Source: the human T2T-CHM13v2.0 reference genome, Homo sapiens
Length of the DNA: 64,000 nucleotides
Reading direction: 5' to 3' (one strand)
Assembly: GCF_009914755.1 (NCBI RefSeq)
Contig: NC_060935.1
Of this stretch, positions 42,890 to 58,673 are shown piece after piece. The notes under the pieces are model-generated. The model searched no databases, had not been told where the DNA came from, and saw only the letters and a list, made by a program, of their open reading frames with translations. Position 1 is the first letter of the stretch. Every line of letters starts with the position of its first letter. A program made the translations under genes and the position numbers.

Positions 42890-43580
42890 AAGCTCCCCCT
42901 TCCGGCGTGTTTTCTAGAGGGAATTCGTGAGCTGAGCCGAGGAGCGAGCAGGCGGCTTCTCCTGACCGGGGAGACGCGGGAGGTTTGCAAACAGACCTTG
43001 GCCTGGGCTGCGCAGGGACAAAGTGTTCAAGGGCAGCAGGGGAGGCTGAGGGAGTACACGGCTGGGAACAAGGGACACTGCCGCCCCCAGCCACGCAGGA
43101 GCGGTGTCTGCACCACTGAAAGTCCCCCGGGGCCCACAGCTCTATCCAGGCGGAAGGGAAGCAGCCAGGCCGCCGCGGATCTGAACTTGAATCCCGGGTG
43201 GACCGGACGCCCCGGCCGGCGCTCCTGACGCGCGGAGGAGCTGGCGAGAACCTGCAGATCTCAGGGCTCGCCCGCGGTCCGGCGCTCGGTTCAGGACGTC
43301 CGGGAACCCCGCAGCGCTTACCCTCTGCAGCAGGCGTCGCTGGCGCCTCCAAGGGCAGGGGCGGGTCCGGCGGGTACAAGTCGCGATTGACGCGACGGCC
43401 CAGGCAGGCACTGTGGGCTTCACCGCCCGCAACTTTTGACCCTAGAGGCCCTGCGCTGCAGCCTGTGGCCCGGAGGGACAGAAGTGGGAGCGTGTTTGGG
43501 CCACTCTGCAGCGAAAACGACCTTCCCTCATGGAACTTTCAGTAACTAACTCCTGAGAGCTGCGAGAGCTTCACACCGCC
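42890..43580. promoter_or_regulatory. CpG island / promoter
   Basis: Only non-repeat GC- and CpG-dense stretch in the window; GC box GGGGCGGG 43358-43365, TCGCGA 43381-43386, minus-strand splice donor inside it. Confidence 0.88.
43322..43420 (-). ncRNA. Putative first exon of a minus-strand lncRNA (5' end approximate)
   Basis: Minus strand reads CAGAGG|GTAAGC (GT at 43321-43320) inside the CpG island; no ATG in the exon. Confidence 0.6.
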
Positions 43581-44204
43581 AGGCCCCAACCCGACTCTCT
43601 AGGCTGAGGGCATTGACTACCTGTTAGGGTCAAACATTCGAGTATTTGCGTCTTAATTTGACTCTAGAGTTATTCAAAGTAGAGCGACAGGCCTCAGAGG
43701 GAGGAGGGGCGTTGTTAGAACACAAAAAGGACACAGAGAGGAACAGGGACCTCAAAAAATGGGCTTCCAAATTGTAAGTGGCCATTTCCTATTCCTGAGG
43801 CCTGTTTTTCAAGCCGGCCTGTTTGTTCAGTTTCCCTGATTACCGCTTTTCAAAGCCCATTACCAAGCTCTATACAGCCTTCCAGCCTGACAGCCCTTGC
43901 TTTCTGAAGGGATTGCTGAATTTTAAGTACTCCTAGCAAAGAGACAGCTGCCCGAACAACGTTAGAAAACCTTACCATCCCAAACGTTTGCTTGACACTG
44001 GCTCCATAAAAGCCGCTTGGAAGTCGGTCAGCCAAGGGTTGTGCCCTGTTTGATGTTAAAAACTCTTCTCAGCCTTAAGCCTAAAATCCTGTGACAGGTA
44101 ACAAGGGAATTCCAGATAAGTTTCCAGATTCAAGCAACTCTGGTGATTTCTGACAAAACAGTCAAAACAGTCTAAGTTTCTCAAATTGTGATCCATGGAC
44201 CACT

Positions 44205-45038
44205 GACATCAGATTCCTTTTTCTCGGCCCCTCTGCCAGCGGGGGCACCCCCTCTACTCGGCCGGCCTGCCAGGCTCAACCCCTTGCAGGAGGGAGCACG
44301 TGAACAAGTGAGGGCAGAACCCAGCTAGCTGCTCCAGGCACAAAACAGGAGCAAGTTCTGTGCGGGGTCCTGGCCCGGAAGCCCCAGAGAGGGTGTTACA
44401 GTGCTCCTTCAGTTCCTCCATTGGCGGTTATATGGAGGGCGGTGCGTTAGCAGCTCAGCCTCTTGCCTCATGGTGGCTTGGGGCAGCTGCCCTCTACTGG
44501 CAAGGGCCAGTGTGACAGCCTTTTCTGGGTACCCACACGTGGTAAGTCCCAAGCTCTTGTCCAGGTCCAAGAAGAATGAGGTCACATGGACTGTTGAAGG
44601 ATGGTGAAGGTGGAGAATTTTACTGAGCCATGAAAATGGCTTTCAGCAAAGAGGAGATGCAGGGTTGGTCCTCCTACCCAAAGGCGGGAAAGTTCCCCCG
44701 TGTGGCTGGGTCTGGGGCCTTTATGGACTCAAAATGGGGAGTGTGTGCTGATTGGTGTGTGAGTAGGCTAAAAAGGTTAAAGCAAAGACACCACTCAAAG
44801 GTGGGTATGACAGTGTAGAAAACCAATTAGGAAAGGGTAGGTACTTGTAAAATAAGTGAAGGGTGGGGACCAATCAGGGGAAAGCACACCAAACAGGAAG
44901 ACAAGTTCTCAATCAGCTGGGAGGATTTAACTTGTAGCTTGGCTTTTCAGCTTTAAATTGTCTTCAGTTTGGAGGCGGGGTTTCACCGGGTACCCACCCC
45001 TATCTATCTAGGTGTTTGGCTGCTTCCTATCACTATCA
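44205..45038 (-). mobile_element. ERV1 LTR (LTR27/LTR28/MER52 group) inserted in a MER5
   Basis: Minus strand begins tgatagtgataggaagcagccaaa...ggtgaaaccccgcc; gtccaagaagaatgagg motif; CCAAT and CATAAA boxes. Confidence 0.78.
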
Positions 45039-45043
45039 GAATG

Positions 45044-45412
<369 letters not shown>

Positions 45413-46240
45413 TTAAGAATTACTAGACTCTGTCTTTTATCTGACTTTGCTGAAATGGTACTTGTTTTCTGGAGCCCTCACTCAAAAATCTCAGCAGTGT
45501 AAAACACTCTTTTTATCAAAAAAAAAAAAGCACACTTAAGTTTTGCTTCCAAATGAATGTGACTTATTTCAGAGGAGTCATGAGTACTTTTAATGAAATT
45601 CTGCCTAAAGCAATACTTCCCACTGTATAGAGCTCTAAGCACATCCTAGTGCTAAGTAGGTAGATTATGCCATGTGCTTTCTACTAATCTTGGGCTGTTT
45701 GTCATTCTAAGCCAGACACCCCTTGCCCTGCCCATTTTTCTTCTACTGCTTCACTCTGGCCTCTATCGGCACAGCATTCCTTAGGTAAATGGCAACTGAG
45801 TCTACGACCACGGTGGCTTCCAAACTGAACTGTACAACAGCAGAAATGTGTGGAGCTTTTAAAACTGGTTTCCAGACCCGTGAAGAATTGTAGCATTCCC
45901 AAACATACATATTTGCAGAGACTTCATCTCACAAAGCATGGGATTAAAAGCCACCAAAAGTAGTACTGTCAAAAGTAGCACTGAATTGAATTTGAGGAAA
46001 TAACAGCATAAACAGAGTTTTTGCAACAAAAATGTTCAACACACTGTTGCTTATAATATAAAGAGTTTGGAAAGAACCAAAATTTGTCCCACAGTATAAA
46101 GTTAGTTAAATAAATCATGATACATACATATGAAGGGATACAAGACAACTATGTACAATTATCTTTCAGAGAATATTTATTGACATGAAAAGATGTTCTT
46201 TGTGAGTAAATTGAAAACTGTGACATGAACAATTGTTTCC

Positions 46241-46534
46241 TTTTTTTTTTTTTTTTTTTTTTTTGAGACTGAGTCTCACTCAGTCGCCCAGGCTGCAGTG
46301 CAGTGGCGTGATCTCAGCTCTGCCTCCTGGGTTCATGCCATTCTCCTGCCTCAGCCTCCCGAGTAGCTGGGACTACAGGTGCCCGCCACTATGCCCGGCT
46401 AATTTTTTTGTATTTTTAGTAGAGACAGGGTTTCACTGTGTTAGGCAGGATGGTCTCGATCTCCTGACCTGGTGATCTGCCCATCTCGGCCTCCCAAAGT
46501 GCTGAGATTACAGGCGTGAGCCACCGCGCATGGC
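46241..46534 (-). mobile_element. AluY-like
   Basis: Antisense; gttcatgccattctcc and ggatggtctcgatctcc. Confidence 0.88.
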
Positions 46535-47049
46535 CCTATTATTATTATTATTATTATTTTTTAAAGGCTAGTGGTAACTGATAGAAGAGCCAAGGAAGCA
46601 GAATCCTAAACCGATGATGGTGAACACTGAGAAGAATCCCAATTTGCCCTGCAGAACTGGGAAACAGAGGAGAAAACAGAGCTTTGTTTGGAAGTCTATT
46701 GAAGAAATATTTAGATAACATCTCCAAGTTGTTGCAGCTGGGTGACGGCCCCCTACCCAGCAAAACACTGAAGGTTTAATCACTGGAGAGGGTAATGTAT
46801 TTAAACAAGAGGATTAAGTGAAAATTTTCATACAGCCCCAGCCCTCTTCCCCAGTAGGCTGGAAGCCTGACACAGACCCTCCAGAGAGGAGATTGCAAGA
46901 TTCTTCTCTGGTGAAACCAAGCAGCCAAAGAAAAAAGACAAAGGATACCGACATGAGGGGCTCCTGATCATTTCCGATAAGGTCACCCTGTGCAGAAGCC
47001 CACAGTTAACAAATCCCATCCACACACACAGTTTCCAATCAGCTAGGGA

Positions 47050-47267
<218 letters not shown>

Positions 47268-47631
47268 TAATATTAAAGATACAGGTAAGAGTAAACAGAA
47301 GACAGCAACTTGAAAGAAACCAAGCCTATAAAGGAAAAAGAAAAACAATGTTTTTGTTTTTTCATTAAAATTATTAGAAACAACAAAGATGTGCATACTT
47401 GAAACAAGAACAGGCTGTTGTTTTGGTTTGGTTTCATTTGGGCTTTTGAAAAAGGAAATTAGAACAGGGCAGAGCTCTTGAACATTAGGTATATGACAAA
47501 AAGACTAATGGATAAAAAATATAGGTAAAAATATATAAAAATAAAGGGCAGATCAGACCAACTAAATGATAGAAGTTCCAGAAAGAGAGGTCAGAAAAAA
47601 TAGAAGTGAGGCTATCATTAGAGTAATAATT

Positions 47632-47935
<304 letters not shown>

Positions 47936-47958
47936 AATTAGATTAAAATTAGCTAATT

Positions 47959-48248
47959 GGCCAGCAAGGTGGCTCACTCTTGTAATCCTAGCACTTTTGG
48001 AGGCCAAGGCGGGCGAATCATGAGGTCAGGAGTTCGAGATCAGCCTGACCAATATGGTGAAACCCCCATCTCTACTAAAAATACAAAAATTAGCCAGGTG
48101 TGGTGGCGCACGCCTGTAATCCCAGCTACTCAGGAGGCTGAGACAGGAGAATAACTTGAACTGAGGAGGCGGAGGTTGCAGTGAGCTGAGATCATGCTAC
48201 TGCACTCCAACCTGGGCAACAGAGCAAGACTCCATCTCAAAAAAAAAA
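47959..48248 (+). mobile_element. AluS (Sg-like)
   Basis: TSD aaaattagctaatt. Confidence 0.9.
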
Positions 48249-48271
48249 TTAGCTAATTAATCAAAAGGATT

Positions 48272-49033
<762 letters not shown>

Positions 49034-49503
49034 TCATCATTCTGAAGATTTTTAACTACTTCTAAAGACAAATAATAAGTTACCTAGAAAAAAAATCAAG
49101 AATCAGAACAGACTTCTCAACAGCAGCAGTAGAAGTTGGAAAACAATAAAGCTAATATTTAGGGTAGTCTTGAACTATATGCCATGCACTATTTTAAGTG
49201 CTTTACAATTCATCCTCACAGCAACCCTATGACAGAGCTACTACCATTATCTCCATTTTACAGAAGATAAATCTGAGGTAGAAAGGAGCCAAGTAACTTT
49301 TCCAATATGACACGTGTAATAACAGTAGAGCTGAGATTTGGACCAGGTAGTCTAGCTCCAGTGTCCATGATAATTGGTACATCAAAAAGGTACAGTGACT
49401 TCAAAATTCAAAGGGAAAAATACATTCCACCTGGAATTATGTATGCAGCCAAGTTATCATTAAAGAGAAGATAAATATATTTTTAGAAATGAATGCTCTA
49501 AAA

Positions 49504-49528
49504 TGTGTGTGTGTGTGTGTGTGTGTGT
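49504..49528. repeat. (TG)n microsatellite
   Basis: Directly visible. Confidence 0.9.
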
Positions 49529-50729
49529 ATCTCATACACTTTTCTTTAAAAGCTACCAGAGAACGGTGATTCCAAATTGAGCAGGTCAGAAGGTTCCGAG
49601 AGCCATGTGTCCAAAAAGATGAAATTGATAGAAAACATAATGGGTATTGGCCATATTGAGAAGACATGAGACCAGCTGGGAGTAAATTTGAGGTTAAATT
49701 AATAATTACATTAAAATCTCAGCAAGTAAGCAAAATATAAGATTATTCCTGGGAAAACTTAAGTTGTGATAGAAAGAAAAAGTAATCCTAGTACTCTTTG
49801 ATACTACATGACTCAGCAGTGAATTGTATATATCTAGTCATAGTAACAAGAATATTAAATATTAAACCAAATTCATGATAAAACAACATCAAGAAGATAG
49901 TGTATGAGCAGCGTGTTATTGCTGGAGGCGGGGGAGGGTGTGGAGGAGTGGGCAGGCAAGGATGAAAGCCAAATTCTTAAATTCTTATATTCCTTAATGG
50001 AAATTAATAGATAAAACCTACAAGAGAAAAAATCAGGAAGTGAATACGACATATGTGTTAACTATCAAAATAAATAGCTAAAAAATTTAAAGGCATTTGC
50101 CTTCAAGAAGCAGGAAGTTGAGAAGGTGGATGTTTCTGAAACTGCTACTTTTTCTGATAAATCTTGTAGAACTATTTGACTCTTTAGACCATGTGGATGT
50201 GTAAGTTTGGTAAAAATCAAAACTAATGCTTAAAAAAAAATGAACAACACAATTCTAAAGTTCCTCCTAGTAGTCCAGAAAAATCTGCTTCAACCTTCTT
50301 GTTTTCTCAAATCAAACTTACTTTATTTTTCAAGCACTAGTTTTCTGCATGACACCTCTATTATTCTTTGACATTGTACAGACACTTCGTAAAATAGGCT
50401 TTTGTGAGCTAGTCTGGGCACTAAACCATTGCTTACCTTGCTTCCGTGGAGAAATGTATTTCAAGTTCTAACCAAACAAATTCCAAAAATAAATTTTCAG
50501 AATGCCTCCTGTTTATTAATTAAGGACCCTATTATCCATTCCCATAGGACTTTCCAGCTGAAAAGACATCTAAAAAATAAGAGAATATTGCGATTGCATC
50601 CAACATTGTACTGTTCACTACAGTCAGTGAGTGATATAGCTATTGGAAAAAGGAAGGGTCAACAAGGAAGACTTCATCAAAGGACTCAGTTTAAGCTGAA
50701 CCTGGAAAGATGGATTGTAACTTGTATCA

Positions 50730-51120
50730 ATGGTGGTATCAGTCAGCAGACTCTTCCATGCAAGTGACAGATACTCAACTCACAGTAGCTAAGCCAGAAA
50801 CAGAATTTATTGGCTCACCTAACTAGGACATCACTAAGGACTTTCTTCAGGCAGATTGAACCTGGGCCCAAAAGTGTTGCTAAGTTCTATCCATCTCCAT
50901 TGTTCTCCTCTATGGCCCTGGTCTTTTCTCCCAGTTTTACAGCATGGGGTAGATGGATAACTACATGACTATGTACTAAAAATCCCAGGGAAGACCCTAA
51001 TTGGTCCTTCATGGGTTCAGGTGGATGGGTGCTGTGATTGGCCAGGCCTGAGTCAACTGCCAGGAAAGAGAAGATGGGGGATAAACTGCTGGGCTGCCAA
51101 AAATAATACCTATTACATCC
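50730..51120 (-). mobile_element. MLT1J/K-type LTR
   Basis: tgcaagtgacagatactcaactc...aatttattggctca. Confidence 0.6.
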
Positions 51121-52089
51121 CACTGTAATTGTACGTACCAAATATGCTCTAGTGAAGATTTATTATAGCCTGGGCCAATTGACATTGTAAGTAAAAATGC
51201 CTCATAAATGCTAAAGCACCATGAAATGTTGGTTGTGAGTCAGTACTGAAATGTAAGTCTGCATTGGCCCTGCCTAGCCAAACTGCAATTACTCCTGGAT
51301 CCCTCGCTCTCCGAATGGTTTAAGTTTTTCTTTCCTCCAAGCAGATTCATTTGTTACAGTTTCCCCCCAACTGGCCTCTGTCTTCTAACAGAGTCTGCTT
51401 CCAAATGCAGCGAAAAATTTGCTCATGTCATTTTTCAAAGGAAGTCAGAAGAAAAAAAAAAAGTCCAAAGTTGGATAGTTCAAAACTGAAAACATAATTG
51501 ATAAATGCGTGTGTGTAATCAGATTGTTCTCAGCATCCTTCATTCTACTGTTCCTCTAATCTATTGAGTCACTTTCTTGGCCTCATTGCTCCAATCTTCA
51601 AATAAGCCAAAGTATGTTGCTGATACTAGCCGGAATTTATTGAGTGATAGGATATTTGTAATGTACTTTGAGACTGAACTTAGAGCCCTGAAGATTAGGC
51701 AATTAATTCGTAGGGAAATATTTTTGCCATTTAGAAAAAAAAAAAAACTTCGGACTAATTGAAAGTCTATATTGGAATGTCCCATTTTTATAAGGCTATT
51801 TTAGACCTCTGGTTTTTAATTAGGTGTGAGGTGTTCATTTAGTGCTGACAATGTGAAGTAGGCTGATGCCTAAATTTGCTTCTGATAAACCTCTCATTGA
51901 TGTCAGCACTTGAATACTTAACTGCTACATTGAACATCGTATTCAAAGATAGTGTGGGTGAAAGCTAACTGCTTATGAGCCTGATTTTTGCTAAGAGACC
52001 TTACGTCACATCCTGGTAGCATTCTCTAAATTGACACTAAAAAAAAAAAAAAAAACCTTAGGACATGGCCTCCAGTTCTTTAGCACAGA

Positions 52090-53150
52090 ATTACCAAAAC
52101 ATGACATTATTGAATGACTACCCAAGGCCTTTCTCAGTTCACTTTTTCCTTGTCATCTTCCCACTACAGATACTGAAAAACTCCAGGCATTCACTTTCCC
52201 AGCCTCCTCTATAGCTAGCAAGGGCCATATGATCCAGTTCAGGCCAATGGATGGAGGAGAGAGATGGCTGGAGGATTTCTGAGAAAAATTATCCCACCCC
52301 ATTAGAGTCCAGATGCATGGGAAGAGAGCCCTTTTGTTTCCTCCTGCCTCCTCTCTGTTTGGGTCACATTTGAGAATGTAATGCCTGGAGCTCTAGCAGC
52401 CATTTGTGACCATTGCTGAAACACTGAGTCTGACAAAGCAGAAAGAGTCCAGGTCATTGGGAACATTATTGAGCCACTACACTAAATGGAATGGCCTGCC
52501 TTCGTATTTCATGTTAAGTGAGATGAATAAAGTCCTGCGTTTCAGCCATTGGGCATTCTATCACTTTTGACCAAAGATATGTTTTATTTTTAAGTAACAC
52601 AAAGATACAAAGTATTTCCCAGTAACCATTCTATGTTCTCTCCTTCTTAACTGTCCAGATTTTTATTTGGATAGTCATTCTCCTGATATACCTTATGTAG
52701 CTGATGGAATTCCACCCCCATTTCCACGGATGATCACTAGTTGGATTAAGTCAGTCAATAAATTCTACTCACCTGGCCTTGAATGGGGATTGATTCAAGG
52801 GTTAGCTGCCACTTAAGTTGTCCAACCGGAGTAAATCTTTGGATTCTTGCCTGGAATGCGGGAAAAGAAATGCTCTCACCTTTTTGACTACACAAATGTG
52901 AAGCCTGGAACTGCTGCAGCCATCTTGCCACCCTGAAGCAAGTCAGCCTTTGGATGAAGCTGACACCATAGAAGGGCAAACAGAAGAACAGAAAGAAGCT
53001 AAGTTCATGATAATGTCATCAAGGTACTAGATCACCCTAGTTTTGGACATGCAGTTATATGAGCTCATAAATCTCCTTTATGAAAGTCAATTTGAGTTGA
53101 ATTTCTTTGAACTGTTCTTTGCAACTTCAAAAGGCATTCTGATTTGATAT
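52090..53150 (+). mobile_element. Two old MLT1 LTRs
   Basis: gcctggagctctagcagccatttgtgac; gcctggaactgctgcagccatcttgccacc. Confidence 0.6.
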
Positions 53151-53676
53151 ACTTCCTATCTGGACTGTTAGGCAACAGGCAAAGAGGAAAACCAAATAGG
53201 AATCTTTTAAGAACCAAAAATAAAAATACCCCTCCATAGCTCAACCATATTAGGTAGGTCTGTGGTTAGCCACTGTTTCCTTCACTCATCAAAGCTGGAG
53301 AGAAAAAAAAAATGATGTGTCAAACTATTACATGTAATGTGCCTCATCCTTACTCACTTGGACTTGGGGCAAGAAACTTAACCTGTCTGAGCCTTGGTTT
53401 GTGTACCTGTGAAATGGAGATAATAATAGCACCTGTGTCATAGGACGGCTCTGAAGTTAAAGGAGATAATGCATGTAAAGTGTTTCTAACTGGGCCTTTG
53501 ATAATTTATACTCCATCAATGCTGGTTATTCTGATTATCAGGAATCCCCAGTCAACTAGGGATTGAGTCAGACAGGTCCAGTGTCCCCTGCCAAATCTTC
53601 CAAATGGTCTTTGGACTGGGTATCCTCTTGTTATTGAAGAGCTCACTCTTCTTTTCATCAAAAGTGAGCAAAATAA

Positions 53677-54111
<435 letters not shown>

Positions 54112-57100
54112 TTACAATGTGACTGATTCTCACCCTCTTTGAAGGGGAGCAAAAGACACCCTCCCAATCCCCTCACCCCAGAAATCCAGAACTGACCCTG
54201 TTCTTGACAGCACACCAGCCCCACAGCCCAGCAAGAGAAGACAGCCTACCCTGGGGGGTGTTTTATCTTGGGCCATTGCCCACTTCACCCCTTCATCCCC
54301 CAGGAAAGAACAGGATGGATTGGTAAGCCCAGAGGGAGAGGGAGAAACCAGGAGACGGAGAAGCAGCCTCTGTAAACAGGGTTCATGGAACGGCTGCATT
54401 GGTGATTTCATCCTTGCTTAAGGATGCCATAAAAAAGAGAAATATTCAGTGATCACTAGTTCATATCGCTGTAAAAGACAGAAACAGGGCCCAGCAGGCT
54501 TGGGTTCCAGCAACATTCTGATTTGACAGGACCTTAAAACGTCTCCTGGAGTTAAGTCAGGGAGAAAAATTCTTAAGGTAACTGAGTGCAGCAAATAACT
54601 AAGTAGGAAGAATTTATTCTAATTGCCAAAAGGAATATGTCCAAGGCTCCAAAGGAAGGGGGGGGAAGTGAAAAAGAAAGCAGAAACATTATGATAAGAA
54701 GAGAAGGGATGTTCATTTTCAAGCCGGAGGTAAGATATGGATTTAAGTTCATCCTCAGAATAGTGTAGCAAGAAACTTTATAGCCAAACTGACTCCCAAC
54801 CGGAAAAGTCCCTGTTTCTCGGATCTCTTTGAATTATAGGGAAAACTAATTGGATCTTCATGTTTACCATGGAGGAAACCAAGTGTTACTCAGGATGTAA
54901 ATCCTAGAGGTACTTTAAAAGGACAACGTTGACCTTTACAAGCCTCTCAACTTATAGATCTGTAAGGAGAAAAAAATTGATTTCCTGACCTTTTGACTGC
55001 TTGCTTGTCATTTTTTTTTCCTCCACACAAGAGCCCCCAATCCCATCACTCTCTTCCTGATGTGAGTTTTCTGACTGTGCCCTCTGTCCCTGGTCAGACT
55101 CAGGAGCAGGGAATCAGCCCATTCTCCAGTCCAGCCTTGGAAGAGGCTGGTCTGGGCTGTGGAACGGCTCCACCAACAAGGACCCTGGGTGAAGTCACAA
55201 CCTCTCAGAGCCCTCCACTGTCTTAGAGACTGGCTCGCCCCTCCAGCAGCTTCATGATGGTGAAACCAGCTGGCTCGTCTGGGCGCCTACTATGTGCTGG
55301 GTATTGTGTTGAGACATTTCCCAGACATTATCTTAATTAACTCTTCCTCATAACAGCCCTGTGAATCTGGGACACTAACCCACTGCACACATCTCTCTCA
55401 TTTCACAAATGGGAAAACTCCCATTTCCCTGGCCATTTCCTTTCCCCTTCCACCTGCCTTCTTCAGGCCACCTTCCCTGTGGGCAGAGAGATGAGATCAA
55501 GGGGGGACAGAATGATTTGAACTTGGAGTCCAAGGGCGAATGTGACAGTTATTGCAAAGATGAGGAAATGGGACCCTAGAGAAGGATTTGTCACTCACAC
55601 CAGGACCATTGGGTTCCCAGATGGCAGGCCCAGGGACCCCCACACCAGCATGGCTCCCCTGCCACACACAGCGTTATTTCTCCCACCCAAGCCTGGTCAC
55701 AGGGGCCACAGTGAGTCACCAACCTTCTCTGGGAGTTACCTGGCATCTTTAGTGTCAGAATCCATGGGGAGAAGAGAAGGGAACTTGGAGGTCATTTGGG
55801 GAATGGAAGGGCTATGGATGGGGTGCTTCTCACGGTCACACCATGAGAAGCCAGACAGTGGTAGTGGTAGAATTGTGGGGCATGGGATGGACGGCACTAA
55901 GTGACTGGTCATTATGAATTCATCCTGAATTCTTATGCAAAGGAGATCCTTCTCAAAGTAGGCAAGGGCCCAGGCAGTGTGATTTGAGACATGCCTACCT
56001 CAGGGCCTGAGAAATCATTGAACTCTTTGCCACTTAAATGGTTCACTGCCATGCCTCCTGCTTTTAGTCATTTGCTTGCCATTATCAAGGTGTTTGTCAT
56101 AATTATGAACCAGCTGCACTATTATTTCCTTAACAGTTTAGATCAATTGTTAAAAACATAAATAGAGATATTTTAGAAGACACTTTGTATCAGTACTATA
56201 CATTGAAAGCCAGTATAATTTACCATAAATAGAGGCACAATAATAAAAACAATGAAAAGAAAAAAATGTTATTAGACTCTGGCTGCTTTGCTGACTGTCA
56301 GAGGATATGAGCCTGAACTTTGTTAAAAAGAGAGATTACCAAGTGTTAAGTGTGAAAAACAGGGCCAAATGGAGATTACCTCTTTGACCCACACAAGGAG
56401 GATTGACAGAGAAGTTAAATGCTGTTGAACATCACCTAAATCATCTTGAGAACCACCAGTGGTTATCTCAGGCTTTGGGGAATTCTGGGGGCCCCTTTCA
56501 TGTTTTCTCAAAAAACACCACCATTACACACGAAAAAGAACAATTCATTGGGGACTTATTATCCAGCTCTGTGAGCTGGGATGATTTACTTCTCTGGAAC
56601 TCAGTTTCTCTCATCTGCAAAATGGGAGGGTTAGACGAGATAATGTCTTGAAGTCCCTTCCAGCTCTAGCACCTGCTTCCTCTAATACTAAGAAACAAAT
56701 CACATCTAGGACATGAGGCAGCTCTGGAGTGATGGAGAAATCAAATAGCAACTTGAAATGGTAACGAAAATGATAGCAGCCCTGAACAGTGGAGAAGGGG
56801 TAGGGTGTGGAAGTGTTACAGATCAAAGTCCCGCTCTTCCCAGCCTCACTGAAGGCCACTGAAATAACATGTCCATCCCAGGGATATTCAAATGAAAAAA
56901 ATATAAGATTCTGATCTCTTCATATCCAACACTCAGATTTCAGAGCTGAATTTTCTAATTTGCAGCGGGAAAATTAGACTTCATTTTCCTTTACAAAATC
57001 ATTTCTACTTTCAGATATACAGCATCCTGAGTACACTGGTTTCTGCTTGATTAAGAGATGGGTCAGGGCAGTGGTTAGGAACTTGGGCTTTGGGGTCCGT

Positions 57101-57233
57101 CTGAATTTTAGGCCTTAATGCCATCATTTACCAAAGGTGTGCTTTGGGCAAGGAAGTCCCATCTTAAAAGGGAGTTTAATAACGGTATCCACACCTTACA
57201 GTTGTGATGAATCAATGAGAAAGTAAGTAAAGT

Positions 57234-57259
57234 GACAGTGTGTTTGCAAACACACTGTC
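57234..57259. repeat. Perfect 26-bp palindrome
   Basis: gacagtgtgtttg|caaacacactgtc. Confidence 0.95.
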
Positions 57260-57335
57260 TAGCAAACAGTAAATGCATAAAAAATGTTAGCTATTAGTAA
57301 CTGGCTACCAGTATTTTCTGCACAAATGACTTTCC

Positions 57336-57634
57336 TTTTTTTTTTTTTTTTGTAATTGAAACAGGATCTTACTTTGTCACCCAGGCTGGAGTGCAGTGGT
57401 GTGATCATGTCTTACTACAGCCTTAAACTCCAAGGCTTAGTCGATCCTCCAACCTCAGCCTCTTAAGTAGCTGGGACTAGAGGTGCACACCACAACTCCC
57501 AGCTAATTTTTTTTTTTGTAGAGATGAGGTTTCACCATGCTTCCCAGGCTGGTCTCAAACTCCGGGGCTCAAGGGATCTGGCCGCCACTGCCTCCAGATG
57601 TGCTGGGATTACAGGTGAGCCACTGAGCCTGGCC
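57336..57634 (-). mobile_element. AluJ
   Basis: TSD cacaa(a/g)tgacttt. Confidence 0.88.
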
Positions 57635-58483
57635 CACAAGTGACTTTTCTACTTGCTGTCCCAATGCAGACTCTCTCTACTCTGGCCCTGCCCACTCACA
57701 TCCGTTTTTCCTGTCTTGATGATCACCTTCCTCATGCTGTGGCTGGTACCCCTCTCTATGCCAGTCCCTATGTGCTTTGACAGATACAGTCAATACCCAA
57801 TACATCTGTTGAATTGTGTAGAGGCCTCTGAAAATGGTGAAAGCAATCTTTAGCTGAAAACAGAAAAGATTTTACAGGGATATTTTTGCACTGCCTTCAG
57901 ACTCACTGCTGAAAAACCTAACCCCAAAGTCTGTTATATATGGGAAATATTTGTGCAGCATATGCAATCTTTATAGGACTCAGTTGAAACAATTCCTAGT
58001 TTGCTAAATTAAGATGGGGAAAAGAACATAATCTTCCACTTCTGTTTCATTTCACCCCAGGATAAGGAAGAAGAGAGGATGCAAGCTTCCTAACTGTCCT
58101 GGTTTTCTTCTTGGATTCTTCTGTGTGTTTACAAAACATACACAGTGGACTCCTTAGTAACACACACAAGATTAGCCTCTTCTGATATCTGAAAGATATA
58201 TGAATTGCTGAACTGCTGATGAGAAAGATCCATGAAGAGTTTTTTAATTGGTTTAGTAAGATTACTTCCAGTCAACAATTCTCTAGTTTAGTGGTAGAAG
58301 ATAGATCTGTTTTCCGTAAAAGTTAAATGCCAGACTTTTGAATCACTCCAAATGAAAATCATTCCCTTAAAGAGCCACTTGCTATCATTTGTTTTACAGC
58401 AAAATATAAAGGTTGAGATAGAAACTATTATCACAGAATGGCATGCTGAAGAGGCATGAGTGGTGATAAAAACACAAACAGCT

Positions 58484-58673
<190 letters not shown>

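Noticed and set aside
42831-43379. 182-aa minus-strand ORF and overlapping ORFs across the CpG island
   Set aside because: Non-ATG start, Pro/Arg/Ala-rich composition expected from GC-rich DNA, runs through the splice donor, and has no recognisable domain
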